A stretch of 64,000 bases of DNA from an uncultured delta proteobacterium (GTDB lineage Bacteria > Desulfobacterota > Binatia > JACPRU01). Location of the stretch: positions 352,001 through 416,000 of the forward strand of contig CAVUWD010000006.1 of NCBI GenBank assembly GCA_963745025.1, read 5' to 3'. The notes under the pieces were generated by a model that saw only the letters and a list, made by a program, of their open reading frames with translations, was not told the origin of the DNA and made no database searches. Both the position numbers and the translations under genes were made by a program. Shown piece by piece: positions 35,912-44,575 of this stretch (positions within the stretch are counted from its first letter, which is position 1; the number at the start of each line of letters is the position of its first letter).

Positions 35912-36634
35912 TCAGGAAGGCCAGCGGTTGTTAAGAACCTCTCGCCCGTGTTGCCGCACACCCTGAAGCGCCTCGCTTATGATCCTCACATGGTCGACTG
36001 TTCTTAGGTTCGATGGCGCATGGAATCGGATAGCTTCGCCAAACGTGCTGAGAACACGGCTCCTGGGCAATGGAAGAGCGACCGCGACCCTAAAGTTAGT
36101 CATCCGAACCGCCGGCACTGCTAGTACGGCGAAAGGCACAACAGCAGCGCCAATTGACTTGGCGAGGCTTACGAGACCCGGGGGAACAGTGAAGTAGGGA
36201 CCGTGGCCATCTACAGCCACGAAGGCACTGCACCTTTCCTGTACAACCGTTCGTAGCGACCGAAGGCGAGCCGCTGCGTCCTGAACACTCACGGGCAGAA
36301 TCCTGGCTCCGAGCTCCGTGACTGCAGATTGCATGACAACGCCGCCGAATGAGTCGTCGGCAACGAAGGCAAACTGCTGCGCCAATCTGCGAAGGAAGGA
36401 TGAGGCAAATCCTATGGAAAGCAGCGCCACATGATCCGAAATCCAAAGGGCATAAATTACGGGACCATCTTGCCGTTGCTTCTCGAAAAATTCCGAAATA
36501 CAGGGGTCGTCTCCACCGCAAACAGCCCCGTCAGGGAATGAGAATGCAACCCTCAGTGAGCGCCCAATCAATCTAAGGTATCCACATAAAACCACCGAAG
36601 CGATCCTGGCAGAAACCGTAGCGAGAGATCCCAC
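35912..36634 (-). CDS. Divergent DUF374-like lysophospholipid-acyltransferase-fold protein
   Basis: GPVIYALW, AVDGHGP, PGLVSLAKSIGAAVVP and LPLPRSRV...FGEAI follow the DUF374 pattern; the usual WH reads WI. Confidence 0.65.
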   Translation of the reverse strand: MGSLATVSARIASVVLCGYLRLIGRSLRVAFSFPDGAVCGGDDPCISEFFEKQRQDGPVIYALWISDHVALLSIGFASSFLRRLAQQFAFVADDSFGGVVMQSAVTELGARILPVSVQDAAARLRSLRTVVQERCSAFVAVDGHGPYFTVPPGLVSLAKSIGAAVVPFAVLAVPAVRMTNFRVAVALPLPRSRVLSTFGEAIRFHAPSNLRTVDHVRIISEALQGVRQHGREVLNNRWPS

Positions 36635-36646
36635 GTCCAGGCAGGT

Positions 36647-36883
36647 CTAGTCAGAAAGGCGATCAAAAAGGCGCTCTAAATCTTGTACCGTCACCAGCGT
36701 AACGACGTCCTCCTCTTTGATTACAATGTCCAACTCCTTCTCTGCGGCAAAAATCAGATTCAATGCGATAATCGAGTCCATTCCGAGGTCTTCGCGAAGC
36801 CGCTGGCTTGGCAACAACGCACTCAAGTCGACGTTGAGCTCCCTGGACAGAATCAGTCTAGCTCGATCAACCAGCTCACGCAC
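36647..36883 (-). CDS. Acyl carrier protein
   Basis: 78 aa, acidic, EDLGMDSI phosphopantetheine site, TVQDL; start overlaps the ketosynthase stop. Confidence 0.9.
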   Translation of the reverse strand: MRELVDRARLILSRELNVDLSALLPSQRLREDLGMDSIIALNLIFAAEKELDIVIKEEDVVTLVTVQDLERLFDRLSD

Positions 36884-38201
36884 AGCTACCGACGTCCCTT
36901 ATCACCAAGGCAGCGTTCCGAGATCCGAACCCGAAGGTAGGCGATAGCGCGGTGCGAATCTTGGCCTTTCGCGCCTCATTCGGTACGAAATCGAAACCCT
37001 GGCGCAAATCTTCCGGAGCTAGGTTGATCGTAGGAGGCAGCGTGGACGATTCGATCGCTCGCGCGCAGGCAATCAGCTCCAGAGCACCCGCAGCTCCCAT
37101 GGAATGTCCGATCATAGACTTGATTGAGCTCAGTGGAATTTGGGGAACCCGCTCCCCAAAGACGTGCCGCATGATATCGAGTTCGATCGGGTCGTTTCCC
37201 TTCGACCCGACCGCATGAGCGTTAACGTAATCGACTTTGTCAGGGGTCACGTTAGCCTGCTCTAGTGCCAAATAGATCGCCCGCACGCCTTCATCGCCCG
37301 TTGGCAGCGGGGAGAAGCCATGAAAGGCATCGGACGTCGCAGAGTACCCAGAAATCTCAGCTAGCGGTTCCGCACCGCGCTCGGCGGCAGCGTCTTCAGC
37401 TTCCAGAATACACGCTCCGGCTCCTTCGCTCATGACGAAGCCGTCGCGAGCAGCTGCGAACGGGCGAGAGGCGCGCTCAGGACCGTCGTTCTGACGCGAC
37501 ATAACTCCTAGGCGGTCAAATGCCGAAAATAAGAAGGGCTCAAGTGGTGCCTCTGCGCCACCCACGATCGCGCGGTCGATCAAGCCCGCACGGATATGCA
37601 ACAACGCCAGGCCGATAGCGTCAGTGGCCGAGGTACACGCGGTGGAAACGCAGATCGCCGGACCGCGAATATCGAATTGAATCGCTATCTGCGTAGCAAC
37701 GACGCCGGCGTACGACTGAGCTGGGAACAAGGGATGAATCCGGCGTATCCCCTTCTCGAGAAACACCGCATGATTCTCGGCTGCATAAGAGAACGTACCC
37801 ACCGACGTGCCGAAGAAGACCCCGATCCTCCTGGAGTCGGTCCCTTGAATGGAAAGGCGAGCATCCTCGAGAGCCATTCGTGCGGCAGCAACACCTAGCT
37901 GCATGCACCGAGCACTTCCGGATATGGCCTTCTGCGACATGAAGTCAGCGGGACGGAAATCTGGGATCTGGCCCGCCACGCGGGTCCCGTAAGGGGTAGG
38001 ATCAAAGGCAGTGAGCGGTCCAATGCCTGGCCTTCCAGCGACGAGATTCTCCCAAAAGCAGTCGAGGCCCGTTCCGTAGACGGTCACGCATCCCATCCCC
38101 GTGACCACCACGCGCCGATCACGGCCCCCCTGGGCAACGGCGACAGATTTGTGCGCCCCCTCCCCCCCATGACGATCGCTCCTGGTTGTAATTGACATCA
38201 C
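36876..38201 (-). CDS. Beta-ketoacyl-ACP synthase (FabF / type II PKS KS-like); start uncertain
   Basis: RRVVVTGMG, STACTSATDAIG (Cys), YVNAH, KSMIGHSMGAAG (His-His), ASRPF, FGFG. Confidence 0.9.
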   Translation of the reverse strand: MMSITTRSDRHGGEGAHKSVAVAQGGRDRRVVVTGMGCVTVYGTGLDCFWENLVAGRPGIGPLTAFDPTPYGTRVAGQIPDFRPADFMSQKAISGSARCMQLGVAAARMALEDARLSIQGTDSRRIGVFFGTSVGTFSYAAENHAVFLEKGIRRIHPLFPAQSYAGVVATQIAIQFDIRGPAICVSTACTSATDAIGLALLHIRAGLIDRAIVGGAEAPLEPFLFSAFDRLGVMSRQNDGPERASRPFAAARDGFVMSEGAGACILEAEDAAAERGAEPLAEISGYSATSDAFHGFSPLPTGDEGVRAIYLALEQANVTPDKVDYVNAHAVGSKGNDPIELDIMRHVFGERVPQIPLSSIKSMIGHSMGAAGALELIACARAIESSTLPPTINLAPEDLRQGFDFVPNEARKAKIRTALSPTFGFGSRNAALVIRDVGSCA

Positions 38202-38338
38202 GTTGCGCGATTATTTTCTGGTGTCGCGCCGAACTCTTACGCTTTAATTTCGCCCTTCTGGGGGTTGCAAGTCAAGAGAAGCTCGTGTCGCGAGGCGCGA
38301 CAGGGTTTTAAAAGGTTTCCCTAAGAGGAGGCAGACAA

Positions 38339-39457
38339 CTGAGGGTCCTCGTTGTTGAAGACAACCGTCGCCACGCTGAGCTGATTTCGGACGAGCTCCA
38401 TGACAGCGCCATGGCGACGCATGTGGATTGGGCGGAGACAGGGGCCGATGCCCTAGAAATCCTGGCGGCTCAGCCAATCGACCTAATCGTTCTCGACTAC
38501 CGCCTTCCCGACACCGACGGGATCGAGTTCATGAAGGCGCTGCGTTCTCGCGGAATTAACACGCCGATCATCTTCGTGACTACCGCCGACTCGGTCCAGC
38601 TGGCCGTCGAGGCCATGAAGCTCGGCGCCGAAGACTTCGTGCAGAAGCAGGAAGGATACCTCGCGGTGCTTCCCCTACTCGTCCGCGAGGCTCTCGAGCG
38701 GCAACGCCTTCGGAACGAGAAAACTCGCCTCGAGGCCGAGCTCCGCCAGGCCGATCGTCTCGCCTCGCTCGGCATTCTCGCTGCAGGGCTCGCGCACAAC
38801 ATCAACAACCGCCTGACCTCGCTCAAAACCTTCTTCGATCTCATTCCCCAGCGTTACGACGATCCCTACTTCCGCGACGAGTTCCTCAAGACCTGCCAGA
38901 TGGACCTGGATAAGATCGCTCTCCTCGTTCGCGAGTTGACGCGCTACGCCTTCACGGAAGACTCACCCCGGCCGCTGCAGCCGCTGACGGACCTCATCAT
39001 GCGGGCGATCGGCCACCTCGACGACGAGATCCACAAGAAGCAACTCCGCATCCGCACCGAGTTTGCCGAGGTACCGCTGCTTCCTCTCGATCCCGAGGGA
39101 GTCAAGCAGCTGTTCATCAACCTGCTGAAGAACGCGATTCAGGCGAGCCCGGTCGGCGGTGAGATTCTCGTCAGCCTGGCTCTCGAAACCCACGCCGAGC
39201 CGCAGATCGTCGCTCGCGTGCGAGACCACGGGCCGGGACTGCCGGCCCAGATGCGCGAACGCATCTTCGATCCGTTCTTCACGACCAAGGATCACGGCCT
39301 CGGAATCGGGCTCTACCTCTGTCACAAGATCGCCAGCTTGCACCGGGGCCGGGTCGAGGCGGGGAACCCGATAGGCGAAGGGGCCGAGTTCGCGGTCTAC
39401 CTACCGGTCGCACCGAGCGAAGAAGGCGCTGCGCCTTCGTCCGAAATGATGAGCTGA
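38339..39457 (+). CDS. Hybrid response regulator receiver - histidine kinase
   Basis: REC (LRVLVVEDN, LDYRLPD, FVT, DFVQK) plus HisKA AHNINN plus HATPase (NLLKNAIQA, DHGPG, PFFTTK, GLGIGL); in-frame extension to CTG at 38339 behind GAGGAGG. Confidence 0.88.
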   Translation: MRVLVVEDNRRHAELISDELHDSAMATHVDWAETGADALEILAAQPIDLIVLDYRLPDTDGIEFMKALRSRGINTPIIFVTTADSVQLAVEAMKLGAEDFVQKQEGYLAVLPLLVREALERQRLRNEKTRLEAELRQADRLASLGILAAGLAHNINNRLTSLKTFFDLIPQRYDDPYFRDEFLKTCQMDLDKIALLVRELTRYAFTEDSPRPLQPLTDLIMRAIGHLDDEIHKKQLRIRTEFAEVPLLPLDPEGVKQLFINLLKNAIQASPVGGEILVSLALETHAEPQIVARVRDHGPGLPAQMRERIFDPFFTTKDHGLGIGLYLCHKIASLHRGRVEAGNPIGEGAEFAVYLPVAPSEEGAAPSSEMMS

Positions 39458-39517
39458 CGGCTTCTGCGACCGGCTCATCTTGAAGCGCTCGCCCGCACGG
39501 GATACCTGTGACAGATC

Positions 39518-40588
39518 GTGCCGACTCCTCAGGAGATTCTCACGCAGCTGAAGCAAGTGACATATCCTGGCTTCAGCCGCGACATCGTCGCCTTCGGCTT
39601 CGTGAAGGACATCGAAGTCGGCGGCCGGGGGGTCACGATCACGCTCGCACCGACGACCGACAACCAAGAGGTGATCGGTGAGATTCGCCGGCGCGTAGTC
39701 GAGACGGTCCAGGCCATGGGCGTGCCGATGGTCGAGATCGTGATCGAAGAGCCGCCGCGCGCGGCGCTCGGTGCGATACGACCGAAGCCCAAAGTCGGTA
39801 ACGTCAAGAAGATCGTCGCCGTGGCGAGCGGCAAGGGCGGGGTCGGCAAGTCGACGGTCGCGGTCAATCTCGCGCTCGCGCTCCGGAGTCTCGGACGCGA
39901 AGTGGGCTTGCTCGACGCCGACGTCTACGGGCCGAGCGTCCCCGTCATGCTCGGCTTGTCGGAGCGGCCGCGCGCCGACGAGGAGAAGCGGATCGAGCCG
40001 ATCGAGCGCCACGGCCTGCGCGCGATCTCGATGGGCCTCTTCGTCGAAAATGCCAAGCCGATCATCTGGCGGGGTCCGATGATCACCAAGCTGCTGGTCG
40101 AGTTCGTGCGCAACGTCTTGTGGGGCGACCTCGACTATCTCGTGATCGACATGCCACCAGGTACCGGCGACGCGCAGCTGACGATCTGCCAACAAGTGCC
40201 ACTCTCCGGTGGCGTGATCGTCACCACACCGCAGGAGGTGGCCCTTCTCGACGTCAAACGCGGCGTGACGATGTTTCGCGAGGTAAACGTCCCCGTGCTC
40301 GGTGTCGTCGAGAACATGAGCTACCACCTCTGCCGCAAGTGCGGAAGCAAGCACGATCTTTTCGGCAGCGGGGGCGGGCAACGGATGGCGGAGAAGTTCG
40401 GGATTCCGTTTCTCGGCGCCTTGCCGTTGGTGCGCGAGTTGCGCGAAGCGGGAGACCGGGGCGCACCGATCGTTGCCGTAGACCCGGATCACGCGCTGAG
40501 CCGCACGTTCGTGGAAATCGCGCAGCACCTCGAACGCGAGCTCGAGCGGCAGCAAGCCGCTCCCGCGCGCGCCCACTTCCTGCAGTAG
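39518..40588 (+). CDS. mrp: Mrp/ApbC Fe-S cluster carrier ATPase
   Basis: DUF59 N-terminus, ASGKGGVGKST, IWRGPM, DMPPGTGD, ENMS...CRKC. Confidence 0.92.
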   Translation: MPTPQEILTQLKQVTYPGFSRDIVAFGFVKDIEVGGRGVTITLAPTTDNQEVIGEIRRRVVETVQAMGVPMVEIVIEEPPRAALGAIRPKPKVGNVKKIVAVASGKGGVGKSTVAVNLALALRSLGREVGLLDADVYGPSVPVMLGLSERPRADEEKRIEPIERHGLRAISMGLFVENAKPIIWRGPMITKLLVEFVRNVLWGDLDYLVIDMPPGTGDAQLTICQQVPLSGGVIVTTPQEVALLDVKRGVTMFREVNVPVLGVVENMSYHLCRKCGSKHDLFGSGGGQRMAEKFGIPFLGALPLVRELREAGDRGAPIVAVDPDHALSRTFVEIAQHLERELERQQAAPARAHFLQ

Positions 40589-41091
40589 GAACTCGTCGGA
40601 GGTAAGCGCCGAATCGAGTCGGTTTCGACGCGCAGGGCGTTTCTGCGATCGGCCCAGCCGCACTGCCAGTTCGGACAGCCGCTCCGGCGCGAGGCTCGCT
40701 CGTGAACCTCTATGCCTCGAAGTGGCGCTACCTGTGTAGCGGGCTTCGCAACCACGCTGCGGCGGGACTCGCTTATTGGCGCCTCGAGGCGATCGGCGGC
40801 GAGTACCGTGTCATCGCCAACATCTCCGTCTATCCGCGACGACGTCCAGCGCTTTCGTTACCTCTCGCATCGCCTTGCAGCGAAAATACCTGGACCCCCA
40901 GAGCCTGCCGAAGCCGCACCCGACTTGGCCGCCACGAGCTGCAACACGACAGGTCGGCGACTGTCTCGTGCGCGTTTACCGCAGGCGGCCGCGGGCGACC
41001 GTCTGGAAACGGTGCTCCGCGCCCACGGAACCGCAGCGGCCGAGGTGCACGACGAGCACCCGGAACGCATCGCGCACCGGCGCGGAAGCTT

Positions 41092-41376
41092 TCAGAGAAA
41101 CATTAGCAGCGGAAGGAGGGCCGAGCCGATCGTCATAGCCACGTAGCCGACCGAAAACAGAATTTTGCCCGCGGTTCCTCCTGCAGTCGAACTTTCCGCG
41201 CGAAGGAACGGGTCGTCCGCGTCGTCTTGGTCCAGCACCTCTTCCTGTCCCCCGTCGTCCGCGGTCTCCATATTCGGATTCGCATCCTGGCCAAGCGACG
41301 CCGAGCACGCACCGATTGTCGAAGCGCAAACAAAGACGAACAGGATCAGCACGAGCGCCTTGTTTTTGCGGCTCAT
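41092..41376 (-). CDS. Small hypothetical membrane or lipoprotein
   Basis: Signal-like N-terminus with IGAC lipobox, acidic linker and C-terminal hydrophobic helix. Confidence 0.55.
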   Translation of the reverse strand: MSRKNKALVLILFVFVCASTIGACSASLGQDANPNMETADDGGQEEVLDQDDADDPFLRAESSTAGGTAGKILFSVGYVAMTIGSALLPLLMFL

Positions 41377-41437
41377 GTCGGTCTTCTAGCAGCATGCGGG
41401 GGATGAAGTCGAAGATACGTGGCAACGGGACCGGCGC

Positions 41438-43918
41438 GTGAACGAGCGTCGCAGCCTCTCGAGCGCAACCACCGCGATCGCTCGCATTGCGGTGATTCCA
41501 CCGATTCCCGGCCACGAGCTGCTCTCGTATTCGGTCCCCGCTTCGCTCGCCGGCCGCCTGCACGAGGGCATGCGTGTCCTCGTGCCACTCGGCCCGCGCC
41601 AGGTGACCGGGATCGTTCTCGGCTTCGGCGGCCAGCGCCCCAGCATGAAGCTCCGTGAAGTTCTCGACGTGCTCGACGAGTCACCGCTGCTCTCCCGCGA
41701 GCTCCTCGCCCTCTGCCGCTTCGCCGCGTCCTACTACCTGGCTTCGCTCGGCGAGGTGCTTGCGACCGCCGTGCTCGCTGGCTTGCGGGCGCAGAGCCAC
41801 CGGGTCGTTCGGCGGCTGGCACCGGCACTCGAACGAGAGCCGAAAGGACTCACTCGAACCGAAGCGGAGATTCTCCGCCGTCTCGCCGTGGACCGCCCGG
41901 TGCGAGCCACGACGCTTGCGCGCGCCGTCCGCTCGAGTTCGTTCTACGAGGCGCTCCACTCTCTTGCGGCCGACGGATGGATTAAAATTGATGAGGTCCG
42001 GCCACGAGCTTCCGCCAACGTCCGCTACGAGAAGGTCTGGAAGGTCGCCCGCGAGGTCACTCCCGAAGAGCGCACCACGCTCGAGCGCCCCGCCAAGGCG
42101 CAGTGGGCCCTGCTCCAGCGCCTGGCCAACGCAGGGGCCGAGGGTCTGCGCACAAGCGAGCTCGGCTTGCCCGGCACCACCCCACCTCTGCACGCACTGC
42201 TCGAGCGTGGGCTCGTTCGTTTCGAGCGCGCGGAGAGCTACCGATCCGTCGTCGCGCGACCCGAACGGCTCGACGCCCCGCTCGCGGCCAATCCGGCGCA
42301 GCAGCAAGCGATCGAGGCCATCGCCGATTCCGCCGCCCGGCGCTGCTTCGAGCCGTTCTTGCTCCGAGGCGTGACCGGAAGCGGCAAGACCGAAGTCTAC
42401 CTACAGGTCGCCGCGCGCGCGCTCGCCGATGGCCACGGCGTGCTCATTCTCGTGCCCGAGATCGCGCTCACGCATGATCTCGTGCAGCGCGTCTGCGCTC
42501 GCTTCGGCGCCTCGGTCGCGCTTCTGCACAGCGCCTTGTCGGACAGCGAGCGCTTCGACGAGTGGCGGCGACTTGCGCGCCGCGAGGCGCGCGTGGCGAT
42601 CGGCGTGCGCTCGGCCGTCTTCGCTCCGCTTCCTGACCTCGGCTTGGTGATCGTCGACGAGGAGCACGACGGGGCCTACAAGCAGGAGGAGGGGCTTCGC
42701 TACAACGCGCGGGATCTGGCGATCGTGCGTGCGCGCGACTCTTCGTGCCCTGCAGTCCTCGGCTCGGCCACGCCCTCGATCGAGAGCCATCACAACGCGC
42801 GCACCGGCCGTTATCGTCTGCTCGAGCTGCACGAGCGGGTCGAGCGTCGCCCACTGCCGCTCGTCGAGCTCATCGACCTGAAGACCGAGCGACCCGAGGG
42901 GGATCCGCCGGTGTTGGCGCCGCGCCTGCGCGACGCAATCGTGGCCAACTTCGCCGCCGGCGGGCAGACGCTTCTCTTCATCAATCGGCGAGGCTACGCG
43001 CATTATCTGCAGTGCACTCTCTGCGGCTCCGTGATGGGCTGTCCGAATTGCAGCGTCACGCTGACGTTTCACCTGCGTGCGCGCCGCGTGCGGTGCCATC
43101 ACTGCGACCATTCCCTTCCCGCACCCGACCTCTGCCCCGAATGCGCGAGCCCGCACCTGCGTGACTTCGGAGTCGGCACGGAGCAGGTCGAAAGCGTCCT
43201 CCGGGCGCTCTTACCGGCGGCGCGGATCGCTCGCCTCGACCGCGACACGACCGGCCGCAAAGGAGCGCTCGGCCAGATGCTCGGCGACTGGGGTGCCGGG
43301 CGGGTCGACGTACTCGTCGGCACGCAGATGGTCACCAAGGGACACGACGTGCCCGGCGTGACGCTCGTCGGCGTCGTCGCGTCGGACCAGACGCTCAACT
43401 TCCCCGATTTCCGCGCCGCCGAACGAACGTTCCAGATCCTTACGCAAGTGGCCGGCCGCGCCGGCCGGGGCGATCAGCCCGGCCGCGTGCTCGTGCAGAC
43501 CTACCGGCCGACGCACTATGCGGTGCGCTTCGCGGTGAATCACGACTTCTCGGGCTTTGCCGAGCACGAGCTCCGCTATCGCGAGGCCCTCGGCTATCCG
43601 CCCTACTCGAAGCTGGCGAACCTGCGCTTCGACGGCATCGACGCCTCCCACGTGGAGACGCTCGCGCGCGCCACGGCCGAGCGTCTTCGTGCCGAGAACG
43701 TGCGCCTGCCGCGGGCTCGACAAGCGACGATCCTCGGGCCCGCACCCGCGCCTCTCGAGCGGCTGCGCGGTCGCTACCGCTGGCAGATCTTGGTCAAGGG
43801 GAAGTATGCCAAGACTCTGCAGAACCTCATCCGTCCGGTCCTGGGGCCCGCGGACCGACGCGGGCGCAGCAGCGAGGTCCGTCTCTGCGTCGACGTCGAC
43901 CCGTACGGCATGCTTTGA
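41438..43918 (+). CDS. priA: Primosomal protein N'
   Basis: GVTGSGKTEVY, DEEH, NRRGY, four CxxC, GTQMVTKGHD, QVAGRAGR, DVDP. Confidence 0.97.
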   Translation: MNERRSLSSATTAIARIAVIPPIPGHELLSYSVPASLAGRLHEGMRVLVPLGPRQVTGIVLGFGGQRPSMKLREVLDVLDESPLLSRELLALCRFAASYYLASLGEVLATAVLAGLRAQSHRVVRRLAPALEREPKGLTRTEAEILRRLAVDRPVRATTLARAVRSSSFYEALHSLAADGWIKIDEVRPRASANVRYEKVWKVAREVTPEERTTLERPAKAQWALLQRLANAGAEGLRTSELGLPGTTPPLHALLERGLVRFERAESYRSVVARPERLDAPLAANPAQQQAIEAIADSAARRCFEPFLLRGVTGSGKTEVYLQVAARALADGHGVLILVPEIALTHDLVQRVCARFGASVALLHSALSDSERFDEWRRLARREARVAIGVRSAVFAPLPDLGLVIVDEEHDGAYKQEEGLRYNARDLAIVRARDSSCPAVLGSATPSIESHHNARTGRYRLLELHERVERRPLPLVELIDLKTERPEGDPPVLAPRLRDAIVANFAAGGQTLLFINRRGYAHYLQCTLCGSVMGCPNCSVTLTFHLRARRVRCHHCDHSLPAPDLCPECASPHLRDFGVGTEQVESVLRALLPAARIARLDRDTTGRKGALGQMLGDWGAGRVDVLVGTQMVTKGHDVPGVTLVGVVASDQTLNFPDFRAAERTFQILTQVAGRAGRGDQPGRVLVQTYRPTHYAVRFAVNHDFSGFAEHELRYREALGYPPYSKLANLRFDGIDASHVETLARATAERLRAENVRLPRARQATILGPAPAPLERLRGRYRWQILVKGKYAKTLQNLIRPVLGPADRRGRSSEVRLCVDVDPYGML

Positions 43919-43953
43919 TTCCCCGGTGAAAGACGCTACCTTCGCCCGGCGGG

Positions 43954-44511
43954 ATGCAACAAATCTACAAATACCCCGACAACGTCCTCAAGCAGATCGC
44001 GAGGCCAGTCCGGACAATCGATGGCAAGCTCGTCGCCTTCCTCGACGAGATGGCGAAGACGATGTACGCCGCGCCCGGCGTGGGGCTCGCCGCACCGCAG
44101 GTCGGCCTTTCCGAGCGGGCGATCGTCCTCGATTGCGATTCCGCCGAAGAACGAGCGGGGGGCGGGGGGCGCGGTTTGCTTCGGCTCATCAACCCGGAGG
44201 TCGTCGAAGCCGAAGGCACGATTTCCTGGGAAGAAGGTTGCCTGTCCGTAGTCGACTTCACGGCGGAAGTGGAGCGCGCGGCGCACGTGCTCGTGCGAGC
44301 GTTCACCCTCGAAGAGAAGGAGCTCCGCATCGAAGCGGAGGGGCTCCTCGCGGTGGCCCTTCAGCACGAGATCGATCATCTCGACGGCAAGCTCTTCATC
44401 GACCGCATCAGCCGCTTGAAGCGCGACCTCTACAAGCGAAAGCTCAAGAAGATGCAGCGCGAGGGGCGCTTCGAAGAAGCGACGGCGAAGAATCCTGCGG
44501 TGCACATCTGA
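43954..44511 (+). CDS. def: Peptide deformylase
   Basis: GVGLAAPQVG, EGCLSV, QHEIDHLDG. Confidence 0.97.
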   Translation: MQQIYKYPDNVLKQIARPVRTIDGKLVAFLDEMAKTMYAAPGVGLAAPQVGLSERAIVLDCDSAEERAGGGGRGLLRLINPEVVEAEGTISWEEGCLSVVDFTAEVERAAHVLVRAFTLEEKELRIEAEGLLAVALQHEIDHLDGKLFIDRISRLKRDLYKRKLKKMQREGRFEEATAKNPAVHI

Positions 44512-44516
44512 GGATG

Positions 44517-44571
44517 GGCTTCAGACTTCAGGCTTCAGCAGGACGTTCTCTGTGTTCTGAAGCCTGAAGCC
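44517..44571. repeat. Heptamer-repeat hairpin (GGCTTCA)n between def and fmt
   Basis: GGCTTCA GACTTCA GGCTTCAG ... CTGAAGCCTGAAGCC. Confidence 0.7.
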
Positions 44572-44575
44572 GTTC

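Noticed and set aside
36647-38201. Housekeeping acpP-fabF or a complete type II PKS
   Set aside because: No fabD/fabG/fabH/plsX context, reversed order, divergent ACP helix II, and no chain-length factor or cyclases.
33090-38400. Prophage, ICE or transposon as carrier of the low-GC island
   Set aside because: No integrase, transposase, tRNA target or flanking direct repeats were visible at either edge.
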